DNA from: Chara braunii
Taxonomy: Eukaryota > Plantae > Charophyceae
Assembly: GCA_003427395.1 (NCBI GenBank)
Contig: BFEA01000001.1
Location: forward strand, 5,785,719-5,849,718
Reading direction: 5' to 3'
Length of the DNA stretch: 64,000 nucleotides
Shown one piece after another: positions 1 to 12,700 of the stretch. The number at the start of each line of letters is the position of its first letter. Position 1 is the stretch's first letter. The notes under the pieces were generated by a model. The model did not search any database, had not been told where the DNA came from, and saw only the letters and a program-made list of their open reading frames with translations. The position numbers and the translations under genes were made by a program.

Positions 1-589
1 TGAGCGGGCAACCCCAATGACTATTTCCTCTTCCCAGCTTTTAGCTATCGAGATTTCTTTTTGTAGTCCGATATATTTTGGAATTTGGATTGGTGGTTTT
101 TAATCGTTTGCCTCCTCGGATGACATATTTCATAAAGATAATTTTATTACGTTCAGTTTAAAAATTGTATGTGTGTAGTTTTAAACTTAGGGTTAATTTT
201 GTATGCCTTTTGAATATTACTTAGGGTGAAAACTGTAAAATTCTCGTGAATTGCCTTGCGCATTATCGAGATCTGCAGATTATAAGTTGTAGTTTTTTGC
301 CATTAGTGTTTTGGTCTTAGAAACATGCCGGCCTTGTACTTCTCATGCGCTGCAAGGATATCATACTATAGGCTGAAGGAATAGACTAAGTGAGTTTTGT
401 TATGATTAGTTCAGCCACCTTTTCCTGTGTTTCAAGGCTATTTTGAGGAGTTCGTCTTCCTACTGAGGCAGTGTGGTCGTGGGACGCTGGACCCGGTTTC
501 CAGCAAGTTTCCTTGTCAACACCGGGTAGAATTGTGAGGTCCTCGGCCTCGACCACTTTTGTTTTTGAAATATAAAGTGACAACTTGTC

Positions 590-620
<31 letters not shown>

Positions 621-1039
621 TGCCAAAGGAAAGGAGAGACCAAGATAAGCACACTAGGTTTCAAAATGCCGCAAATCAAAATTTTTAGAAAATAAATAAA
701 GAAATAAAGAAATAAATAAGTAAATGAGGAGGTGAAGAAAAATTATGTGTTGGATTTTTCAAAAATTTCGACAGCATTTCGTTAACCTCATGGGGTTAAA
801 CTGTGCTGTCAAGAAGAAGGGCCAAGTAAAATGAGAAAATTTCGGCAGCACTTCGTTACCCCCACAGGGTCAAAATGTGTGCCGAAAGCAAGAATGACTG
901 ACTCCTAATCAGATTTTAAGGGTGCCGCAAAAAAAATCGAATTTTCAGAATAAATAAAAAGAAAAATGAAATAAACCAGAAAATGAGAAAAGAAGGTGGG
1001 GAATAAGATAATTCGAGTTTTTAAAAAAAAAAGGAAATA

Positions 1040-1480
1040 TAAATCAAAAGAAAGATAAAAACTTATTAGAAAGAAGAAAAACATAAAATTTCAAAATTGG
1101 GGGGAAGGGGAATGAAAAAGTGAAGGAGAAAGGAGAAAAATAGGTGAGAGAAAAAAAAAGAGTGAAGGGGGAGATGGGGGAAGTGATGGGGTTGTAGTTG
1201 TGGGAGAGGAGGGTGACAGAAAGGGAGAGAAAGGGATGGGAAAGGTTGGGAGGGATCAAGAAACAAAGAGAAAAGAAGAGAAAGAAAAGAAAATAAATGA
1301 ATAAAATAGAGAAATAATGGGTGGTGGGAGAAAAGGTGAGGTGGGGAGAGGGGTATGAGTAGTGAGAGGGATTAGAAGGAAGTGAGTGAGGTAGAAGAGG
1401 AAGAAGTAGAGAGGGTGAGTAAGAGGAGAGAGAAAAGTTAGAGAAAGTGAATTAGTAGGGAGAGGGGAGAGAGAGATGAT
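1040..1480. repeat. Purine-rich low-complexity tract
   Basis: About 440 nt of almost pure A/G on the + strand; the Leu/Phe/Ser-rich minus-strand ORFs here are compositional artefacts. Confidence 0.8.
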
Positions 1481-1555
1481 ACCTGGTCCTTGGTGTCTCC
1501 AAGGGCACAAGGTATACCAAGATCAGGAGGGTCTTGACCTTCACTGCAGCAAGCC

Positions 1556-1830
1556 AATCCAATGCCTGAAACTTCATGCCGCCATCCGTGTCGTATGCTA
1601 CTAGTTTTCAAAACACCGCTGATCGCTCAAGACAGTCACCCATGTTGTTGGTGATGAACCAGGTCACCAGAGGGCGACTCCTTCCGGATTTAGAAGGAGT
1701 TTCACTCCGAGGGGATGGCAGCCCTCAATTGGGCCACCGTTTCCTGAGTTTGTTCGGCCTTCTCAATATGCATCTCAAAAAGTCACCTTCGATCCATTAT
1801 CCAATTATTCCATCCTAGAGATCCGCCAAG
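1556..1830 (-). mobile_element. Fragment of the same L1-like LINE family as 9365-19218
   Basis: Close nucleotide match to ~12240-12510 (e.g. gtatgctactagttt...caccgctgatcgctcaagacagtcacc...gggcgactccttccgga). Confidence 0.85.
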
Positions 1831-1839
1831 GGCTGAAGC

Positions 1840-4800
1840 CTTGAAATGGATCGTACATCATACTGACAAGCTCTTCGTCCAAGTAGAATGTTATTGAATC
1901 TCTCTTAGTAAGTGATGATACACCAAGGTTGTTCAAGCAACTGATTTCGGGAGCCTCAAGATTTGAGACAAAATCAGACCCGAGAGTTGTTTTTATTTTT
2001 TTTGCCCTTGTTGTCAAGAGTCATACATATATTGCGGCATTCGAGAGGACATGAGTGGGAAGATACAACAATGAAAAGTTTTCCCTCCATTCGAGGTTGT
2101 ATCAACTTCCAAAACATTACCTTGCGAATAGCGAATTCTGCATCTATTTCTTAAGTGCAAAGAAAGTGGACGATTGTTGTCCAAATATCCCGGAGAGTGA
2201 AACAAAAAAGAAGGAAAGAGGGAGGAACAACCGTCATGACATACCACATATTGGATACAATGGAATTATTCATGATTAAGGCTCTACCAAAAATGTCAAC
2301 GATGGCCCCTAACTTTCAACCATACATACGTGACGTAGTGGTGCACAAGTTATCTTCCATTTGTAGATTTGCACCCCCTTCCTACGACATTGTATGACCA
2401 AGATTTTGAAAAAACCCTCCTTTGAAAAACTACAATTATCTCAATCCTAAGTATTTTGCATCAGTCGTAATACTACCGTGACACCACTGACTTTTTCCTA
2501 TTTATCCGAGCGTCTAAGAAGTATGGGAAAATGTCCAAGTATCAATGGAGCTCGACCGATTGCTTTTGATATACATGGACATAAGCAGTACAATCATTTG
2601 TAAATGTCGGTGAACGAAACTCTTCTAAGTCAAAGAGAAAACCTCTCAATCCTTCTGAAACGCGGAACATGCCATGAAAATGTTTTATGTAAAGAACATA
2701 TACGGCGATGGATAATGGAGAACCTTGACGTAGTGTTCGTAAAATCTTAAAGCAATATAACTTCATATGCAGTCAAAAGTTAGGCAACCCAAGATCGGAC
2801 CCCTGTACCAAAGTCTCTCTTACGCATCCCTTCCTAGCAACATGGTACCACATCCGCAGACAGACAACCAACCAGTTGATAAGAAAGTTGAACTATTTTT
2901 CACCACAAAAGAAACAATAATTATAATATCACTTAAGATGTTCATAACTTATGCAGCATAGTCGGACTATAATGTTATCACTAAAACTAACATAACGAAT
3001 AAAAATTATGTTATAATGTTCATAAACTAAGGATTACAGTCATTGAATTAAATCATTAAAAAATATATATATTATATAAAAACAATTCTAAATAAAGTAT
3101 TTTAAGAGCAGGAAAAAAAACAAAAGAGTGACTTCATTTAGTGAAATAAAATCTTGTTTTTTTTTATTGTTATACTGATTTTAATATTTGTCCTCATTAT
3201 TTCTGTTCGCATGAGCCGAAAGTCCGTTACTGGGAAGAGTGAGACAAACAATGGCATTATCATCACTTATTTTAGAATAACAGTACAATTGGTTAATGAA
3301 TGTTTTTTTGTTCTTTAAAGTCATAATATGCAGTTTGCACCTTGTTATTGAGACGTTGATATTTTATCCTTCTTCTCATTCATTTCTTAAACGTTTTTGT
3401 ACTGAGTTTTCAAACAATGATAAAAAGGGTACCTTGATCAAGGTCTTCACACCAAGAACGGTAGAAAATAAATTGTCATGTTCTGACACCATAAGGAGGT
3501 TTTTTAGCTTCAGCGTCACAAAGAAGTTTGTCAAGATCCAACCTCATATTTCTTGCATTAACCAAAATGAGTTTTCCCTTCAAGATTAACAAGTCTATGT
3601 CCAAAATTATTATGCAATTGCGTCACTTGCTATCACCTCACATGTAAAAAAACGTCAAAAGTTTTATTGCATTTTTTTTATATCCAATCGATTGTCCAAT
3701 GTTGATACAAAATTTGCCAAATAGGAGTATGATAGGTCCCTTTCCCCCTGCCCATTTTTTTTTCCAACCTTAGTTTAATGATTTTCACTACCACTGCTTC
3801 CAAACCATTTCCAAGTGCTTAGTCAGTGTCGGTGAAACTTGTTATGGTTCATTTGTATTGCGGGCTTGCTTAGGCAAAATCAACATCATAACTTATGCAA
3901 TAAAATGACGTTGTCCAATGTGTGATGTTGTAGTACTTCTTACGAACCATCATTCAATTACAATTTAGATTATTATATAACATAAATGACATGTAAGGTC
4001 CTTCACTAAGTACGATCTTATCATAGTACTCCAATCTGTTTGTTCCATGAAGATGTTGACCTCTTTTGTTGTGCAGATTTCACAAGTGGGAAGGGATGCA
4101 TGATCATGAAAGCGTCATGCATGTGCATCTTATATTAAAAAAAGACTAACGGTATCAAAATTGGTATGCGTATGTTCAACCCACATAAAACCAAACTCAA
4201 CCTCTTCGAAGATCTTGAACTTCACCGAAATTTGGCAATAGTGCAAATATATTTGATATTACTTTCCCTTACATTTATCTGTATGAACATGTAATTCAAG
4301 AGGTAACCTATTTGAAGATTTAATGTCTCTTACTATCTTTATGATTGAAGAACGATAACAATTAAGATGTGTGGATAGCAAGGGTACCAATTACAGACAC
4401 AAACCAATGATTGATAACCGTGCATAGTAGTGACTGTCAAATTTGTCTTCATTACTCCGACATTTGCAAGTGTCTTCAAGTAGTTCTTAACTTCAAAGTG
4501 TCATATGTTTGTTTTGCTCTTAGCTCATATTGTCAATAATAATACACAAGTTGTTTGAACCGTCCTTCTTCGACTTGTTCGCGTATGGCGACAACTACAA
4601 GACAATGGGGGGAAATGACAAAGTACATTAGGTAAAGCAATGCATACCATCATTCTTAATACATGTTATATTCAACGGTTGGACCCCGTTGCACGATCAG
4701 AAAAAACGGTTAAGAAAGTTAAAAGGATTGAAAGTTTCATTACAGATGGTTGGTGGTTTTTTCATACTAGGAGATATTTTGAAGAAAATGTACATAAAAA

Positions 4801-5500
4801 CCAACAAAGCAATTGGTTTAGAGTCCTTAGACGATAAAACCCAACCATAAAGAAGACTGTAAATAAGTTAGTGACCTTAATAAATAAATATAAGAAAATC
4901 TTGGTTCTTAATGATAAGAGGGTCATTTAAAGGAAGAATGTGTTCACAACATCGAGTGTTTCGACTTTGTAAAACGAGTCAGAAGACTTGAGAGAAACCA
5001 AATGATTATCTTATGGTTTGTCAAAGGGTATTAACCCCCTCCAAACGACTCACTTGTGAGCAAGTATCCCCAGTCTGGTGAGCAACAAGAAACTGGTGGA
5101 GGCATCGTCGTTACAACAAAATTGATAATAGGAATTACAGTAACAAGGACTACCTATGAGATGATAAACGAAAAATTAACATATCAATTGTCAAATTTAA
5201 TTCGATAGATAGAGCTCTCTTGTGTGGACTATATTGTTTGTGTCATCATGCAAAAAATAGTGACTTTTATGCTTGTAATATCGTAGGTCACAGATCCAAT
5301 GACGATACACCTGATATACATAAAAAAACATCATAAGGTACGTCATACAAAACTTTGGTAAAAAACAAGTTATAAGAGGACCTGATGTCAAGGTATTCTA
5401 CATCGACATGAAACATAAGGGAGGGGTTCGATCTAACGATCAATATAAAACATCCTCCCGGAGAAGCAATCATATGGACTATTTGTTTTTAAAGAGGTAT
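1840..5500 (-). pseudogene. Old, heavily decayed LINE ORF2 (RT and upstream regions); boundaries approximate
   Basis: Minus ORF 2542-2766 reads RTLRQGSPLSIAVYVLY...EEFRSPTFTNDC, a degenerate LINE RT RQGCPLS...FADD region; many stops and frameshifts around it. Confidence 0.55.
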
Positions 5501-6313
5501 CATCCCCAATCAAAAACTTGATAGTGGTTGACAAAAAAAAATGACGAAGGTGGATATCTTATTGTTGCATAAATATTATACAACGGTTAGTTATATCTGT
5601 CGCATTATTAAAATGCACGACTTTGATGAAACGAGTTGAGCAATATTCATACAAAGATAAATATGAAAACAATTACCCAGAACAATACATTAGATAATGA
5701 TGAGAATACTAATGACATATTGATATTGATAGTACAGGTTTCGCTGTTTTTTTACCCGATTGAGGAATAATGATCGAACTGAGAACCATAAGGTCACGAA
5801 AATCTCATTTCAGTCCAAAGGGAGAAAGACGATGTAAAATGGTTTTTGAAGCCGCCAGATGGACATGATAGTCACCGATTGACGGTGGATGCGAAAGTCA
5901 GAATTGAAAAGTTTTTAAGTTTATCAAAGATATGCTAATACGACTGTTTCATCATTCACTACTTCAACTGTTGAATTGAATATAATAATTAAAAAAAAAA
6001 AAACGACATGAAGTTAATGCTAATATGTTTGATATTAACAAGACATTGGGCAAGAAGACGTATCGCCTCACAGCGTAGCCAAGTGGTACATCGTATTGAC
6101 AACAAGGCTCATGGTATTTCTATCGAGTCATAGCACTTAGATTGAACTAACAACCACTGGGCAATAATAAACCTTATTTATATTAAAAAGGAGGAAGATG
6201 TTAAAAGGTAGTTTCGAAAACCGTTAAATCGAACTCAATATATGACTGTGTTGTTGGATAGGTTGGTAAAAATTGTAACATTTTTCAATTTCTCATGGGC
6301 ACGTAAACACGAA

Positions 6314-6860
6314 CTCCTCCCATTATTTATTGAAGGACCCTTAACCATCAGATCTGGCATAAAGGTTTCCAACGCTCAAACCATCAAGACAATGAAAGAC
6401 CATTATATTTAATCCGATAGTTTGACATCCGTATCATGATGATGATGCAAGACCTTACGATCGGATTAGAGAACAGTATGTATTGAGGGCAAAAATCTTG
6501 GCAATCTATCTCGACCATTGGGAGTTCCTCTATGAACTGTCGAACTAGTTTTGACAGTTGTAAGAGTGATTCAACTATTCACTCTTGCAACTGTTGAAAC
6601 TAGTTCGACAGTTTATTGAGGAACTCCCAATGGTCGAGATAATTTGTTTATTTTGGAAATCATAGTAGATTGCCAAGATTTTTGCCCTCAACACATACTA
6701 TTGTTTAATCTGATCGTAAGGTCTTGCATCATCTTCATTGTACGGATGTCAAACCATCGGATCATATATAATGGTTTTTCATTGTCTTGATGGTTTGAGC
6801 ATTGAAAACCTTTGTGCCAGATCTGACGGTTAAGGGTCCTTCAATAAATAATGAGAGGAG
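6314..6860. repeat. ~550-bp foldback (long inverted repeat with tiny loop)
   Basis: Left arm ctcctcccattatttattgaaggaccc... is the reverse complement of right arm ...gggtccttcaataaataatgagaggag. Centre aagagtga(6562-6569)/tcactctt(6579-6586); ~26-nt insertion in the right arm near 6641-6666. Confidence 0.92.
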
Positions 6861-7149
6861 GGTTTATCTTCCCACTATTTGGATGTTCAATCATCAAATA
6901 TGATACAATAGTTTCACATTGTCTTTTGAAGTGTCAAGGATTTTGCGCAGTAAAAGTCGTTGTATCGGATATGATGATCCCGGGTAACTAAAACAATATA
7001 AAGTGAAAGATATTTCAGTTGGTGTAGCTGCCTGAGGCTATACCTCTGGCCTGGGTGAAATAATTGAAAATAAGTCCCATGATCGAAGAATGAGACTATG
7101 TCATCTACTATACAAAATTCCACCTCCTAATGACAATCTATTAGATAGA

Positions 7150-8650
7150 GACATGAAATTGTGAGATGGCTCACCTAGAAGCATATGAACCCAGCCTCCC
7201 TGGACCAGTTGGTCACAACTGGTAAGGAATGACAATTACGATTAAATCGTCAGCACCTTTCCCATATGTCGAACGCAGGCAGGTTCGGAAGGCCAAAACA
7301 AAAAAGCATCGCCGATTCGATGGCCTTCCCCGTTTGGTCCCCGTGTTACCTAGAGCGTCTCAACAAAATAGTTGGGAAAGGTACTAGTGGTTTAAAATGG
7401 GAACTAATCCAGTCTAGTGAGGGAGAGACTCCTGAAGGAAGAAGACCATACAAGCTATATTTATAAATCGTCTCTTCTAATTTGCTCCCTTCCCTTTGAC
7501 ATGATAGAATGGGAATGGCCAGAGGTTATAGGAACGTGTTGATGATACCATAGCAATACACGGTTAAACAGGGGTAGAGGATTGTCCACAAGATGAACTT
7601 GAGTGGGCAAATAATAAAATAAAGGTGGGCAAAAAAACCCATACTACCAAAGACTGACCTTCAAAACTTCAAATGGTCGAAATACACCCACCCCATGCTT
7701 ACCGCACATATGGCTCTCTAATGGCAGATAATTTACAGTTGTTTGCCTACACTAGACTGGGTAGTCGTTGACACGAACCTAGAGCAAAAGGGCTTCCTTT
7801 CCCCCACTGCAGCTACTGTAATAAATCATCCCTTTCAGCTAGAGCGACCTTAGAACATTGCCTTTCCGCTTGCCCCATAGTCAATTAGCTCTGGAGGTTA
7901 TGAGATGAAATTTTGATAATTGCATACAAAATTCACAGAAGGTGACTCCATGCCTTGATCAAACAACCATTGATGGCACCTCGCTTGAAAATGCAATAGT
8001 CAAAAGAGAATTTAAATAGGGAGCAACCGTACTTCAAAACTTGGTGAGATTAAAAAGTGGCCTGCAGAGTTCACACTGGGAATCTATTTCAGTGGTTGGC
8101 TCGTCGCTTGTTGCCAAGTATTCCATAAGATGTCCCACTTACATGGACCCCTTACGAGAGAAACCTATTTAACATCACTCGACTAGAAATTGTGATGATC
8201 GCGTGGAGAACTCTATGCTCATTCAAACGCCGACAACACGCTTTTGGGTTTCTGCAAGCAAAATAGCACATGATTGCCTGAAAAACGATAACCAGAGCTG
8301 CATGGACAAACCGATACCGCAGATCAAGGGTATTGATGGAGAAACTTACACACTTTTACCGACAAAGAACAAAGGATAGAGGACGCGAAAAATTTATTTT
8401 CCGAGGAATGGCTCGATCCTTGGAAGGTTATGACTGTTTTGCACGGATCGCAGTTGTGCTGGAAAAATGGAGGACAGATGAGCACAGGTGGAAATATCAA
8501 CCCAGTCACACTTCTTCATATCCCACTCGGCCAACCCCCCTTCTTCGTTTTACTCCCTCCATGAACCCCCGCCCACCCCACCACCCATCATTCTTCCTGT
8601 GCGCCATGGATGACCTTCTCCTTTCACCCCTCACCCATATGATAGATCTC
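7150..8650 (+). pseudogene. Possible degenerate 3' part of a LINE ORF2
   Basis: Broken Trp-rich frames ending ...RGMARSLEGYDCFARIAVVLEKWRTDEHRWKYQP, followed by a C-rich tail; weak resemblance only. Confidence 0.3.
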
Positions 8651-9749
8651 CATACTACTGATGATGCAAGCATAATGGATGGATGTAGGTAGAAGAACCT
8701 GAAATGCAGCTTGAGTAAGTAGGGATAGGGGAAGGAATGGCAGGACCGAGATTGGGTGAGAGGGAGCAGGGGAAAAGTGTCGGAGCAAAAAGGGTGGTGT
8801 GCTGAATGCCTCCGAAAAGAATGATCAGAAAACGCACGGCCCGACAAAGCGCGTCGGCAAGGTTAGTGTAAAAGAGACAGCTCTAAACTCGGTATAGGAG
8901 TACTATTTGTGCTGAGCAGCGTCCTGCTCACTGCTTGGATCTCAGGTTCGGATTTACTGTAATCTTGTTCATACGATAGGGATGCTGAACCCAGTTTCTA
9001 ACAGGCGTAGCTCTCCACCAATAGACATGAGCATACATGCAAGCAGACGCCATGCAGAAAATTCTGCACGTTTGGCGCATGAGCGGACCCTCACGGTGCG
9101 GCACACGGGGGAAATATTCAGTAAACAAAAAAGGGGGTTGCGTGGTTGGGTCAATGGTTAGTGGTCACTTGCGTCCCCTTGAAAGATTTGTTGTGGGATG
9201 AAAAAAAAAAAAAAAAAAACCTGGTGGGAGGGTAATGCCGCTACCTAAAGGTCAAGACTGATGTCCCAGATACCTTTTTTTGGCTATTTTTCATGCCCAA
9301 ATGGATGATAAGAAAAATTTGTATGACTACACTTGAAAAAGATCAGTTCCTCAGGTGTCGCACTTCTTATTTTTATTTTTTTTAAACACTTTCTCCTTTC
9401 TATTCGTGGGGAGCTGCATGAGTTGGGAACCGGGCCCAACGTCCCTCATAATAACAATTTGAGGTCGGGGTCCTCACAGTCTACTCGGAGGCTGGATCAT
9501 TACCCAGTTTCGCTTACGGGTCGGAACCTGAGGGGACCAACCCCCTAGACACACGAGCGGAAAACACCGGAACAAACAGGACAACAATCGAAATTTAGCG
9601 CACCTAAGGCGAGGCGTCGGAACGGAGTTCCAATGGGCCAAATGACGCTCCCTTTGAACCCCCCGGCCACCAGCCACTTTCTACTGCCTTCCTACTGTGG
9701 AAATAAAACCGAGCGCCTAGATACTTCACAAATCACTCGGCGGCCAATC

Positions 9750-12700
9750 ATTCAAAACCAGCTTACCATCTTTGACCTCTGCCAAAATTCCTATGGCAGC
9801 CCAGGTTTCAGCGAACGAAACCATTTCGTCGAGTATATGTTTGGCACATGTAACCCGTCTTCTCCAATCTACCTTAATGGCGAGCCGAATGTGCCTTTTT
9901 ACAGACTCCTTGATGCTCTTGTCGGAAATGAAGGGACCTTCGAAGATATTTTTTGCTTATGACTTCCCATACTACCCAAAACAGGCAAGCCCTGAGGGTT
10001 TCCGCAACATATCCCCAACCCTTGACCAAACTCAATCCCTGTAGAACGCCCCCAAATAGTGTCAAGTGGTCGTCCCATTCAAAGGTGGACCGCTTATCCA
10101 CTCCCATTAGGCTCTCCAACAGACACAGATCCTTTGCAAGAGTGGGTAATACAACCACAAGTGAGTGGTAGATTCGAAAGGGTACTTACACCGGGAGCAC
10201 AAAATTGAGATTTTCATCCCTCGTTCAGCTAGCCACACTGCTGACGGGGTGAACAACAGTGATAACAACCACAATAGCGTTGTTGCCCATGGTAATGGAA
10301 TCCCCTGCAACTGGGCCCAACATCTACGGATATCTTGGATAATCGTCTCGGCATCTGTGGTTCTGACTTGCGCCCATCTGCTGATTGCTACTGAGTCAGG
10401 AATTCTTCCCGTCCTCAATAGCTCGTGTCCACCGGCTAAATTGTAGTCTGTGAGCCAGGCTTCCTGTGAGAATTTCTTGGACCCCCTCCAAGACCAGAGC
10501 TTGGGATCCAAGCGCAGTGTGCGGACTAGGGCTCCATCTGCCCACACAATGCAGTTCTATGTATCATCTTCACTACAACTTCATGAACCCTTACCTGAAC
10601 CAGACTGCCCAGAGGTCTATTGAGTCGAACCTCAGGCTCTGAATTGCAGAGATGCAAGGCTTCCGAATTTGGGTTTCTCTCCCACGCCTGAAACTGCCTG
10701 CTGCCATCCGTGTCGTATCTTACTACTAGTTTCCAAAACACCGCTGATTACTCAGGACAGTCACCGACGTTGCTGGTAATGAACCAGGTCCCCGGAGGGG
10801 CGACTCCTTCCGGACTTAGAAGCCGTTTCCACTCCGGGGGGATGACGACCCTCAATTGGGCCGCCCTTTCATGAGTTTGTCTGATCCTTTTCAATATGCA
10901 ACTCAAAGCGTCACCTTCGATGCATTGTTTAATTATTTCATCCTAGAGATCCGCCGCCTTTGAAATCCCTCTTTCAATCCAAACCCTCCCAAAAGCATTA
11001 GGTGCAGTGCCCGCTGAGAAAGGCTTGCCCTTCTCGTTCCAGATGGTTGGGTTGTCGAAGAGGGATTGCATTAGTACCTCCGCTTTGGTGACCGGCGGGA
11101 CCCATTGCCTTGGTCCCACTTTTCTTCAGGCACTCAGGATATCATTCCAGAATTGGGACAATGTATGTCTGCATAGATATGAATCCAACATGAAGCAGGT
11201 CCATACATCCCTTGGTTGCGGTAAGTGTCATTCATTTGCTAGGATCATCTCTGCTACCAGAATCCAATGGTCGTCCGAGTCACTTGAGATTGCTTTAACC
11301 AGCCATTTAGCGAGCAGTGCCGTATTTTGATTGGCAGGATCCAACATCCCAAGTCCCCTTTCTTCCCATGGGTAGCATATAAGGTCCCAGACTACTTTTG
11401 ATATTAACCCTTCTTTTTCTTTCTCGAATGGCTTTCACAAGAATTTTGATGCGACCCTTCGTACCACTTTGATTAACTGTTTGCCTAATGCTTTTACCAT
11501 GCCGGTAAACCAGATGCGAGCACACAACGCCACGCTGGTGGCCAATGCTCGACCGAACAGCGAGAGGTGTTGAGACGGTCCCCATACGGCCATGGGTCGG
11601 ACCACCTTCTGTTGGATCAAGTCATTTTGAGACTCGATCCACCAAGCGCTACCTGCACCTCCAAGTATCTCTCTGAATTCTCACTTGTCGCTCTTTTCAT
11701 TCCCCACTCAACAACTAGGCCATAGTTTTCTGAACGCAGAGAAATTGATTTTTCCCAATTTAGAGAGGCAGCTGTATTCCAACAGACAAATCTTCAGTGC
11801 GTGCAGGGATTCGGTAGAATTTTTGGAGATGGCCATGAGATCATCCGCAAGAGTTTTCACCTGACATTCACGGTGTTGCACTTGTAGTCCCTGCATTTGT
11901 GAGTGTTGTTTGATGTTGCAAACTAGAACCTCCAACTGGATTACAAACAAGAGTGGTGCAAGCGGACAACCTTGGCGTAGTGCTCTTGTGAGGGAGAAGG
12001 AGTTTGTGAGCCAGGTGTCATGTGGGAACTTTTTGGACCCCCTCCAAGACCAGAGTTTGTGATCCAAGCTGAGTGTGTGAACCGGGGCTCCAACTGCCCG
12101 TAGAGTGCAGTTTCACGTAACATCTTCACCGCAAACTACACGAACCCTTACATGAAGCAGAGTGCCCAAAGGTGTATTGAGTCGAGCCTCAATCTCTGAT
12201 TTGCAGAGCTGCAACGCTTCCGAATCTGGATTTCTCTCCCACGCCTGGAACTTCTTGTTGCCATCCATGCCGTATGCTACTAGTTTCCAAGACACCGCTG
12301 ATCGCTCAAGACAGTCACCCGCGTTGTTGGTGATGAACCAGGTCCCCGGAGGGGCGACTCCTTCCGGACTTAGAAGGAGTTTCCACTCCGGGGGGATGAC
12401 AACCCTCAATTGGGCCGCCCCTTCCTTAGTTTGTTCGAGCCTTCTCAATATGCATCTCAAAGCGTCACCTTCGATCCATTGTCCAGTTATTTCATCACAG
12501 AGATCTGTCACCTTTAAAATCCCTCTTTTAATCCAAGCCCTCCTAAAAACATCAGGTGCAGTGCCCCCAAAGAAAGGTTTGTCGTTCTCGTTCCGGATAG
12601 CTGGGTTGTCAAAGAGGGGTTATATTAGTACCTCCTCTTTGGTGACCAACGGGACCCACTGCCTTGGTCCCACTTTTCTCCAGGCACTCACGATATCATT

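Noticed and set aside
2900-6300. AT-rich block as an endogenous virus or organellar insert
   Set aside because: No long ORFs or viral/organellar motifs; an adjacent degenerate LINE RT motif explains it better.
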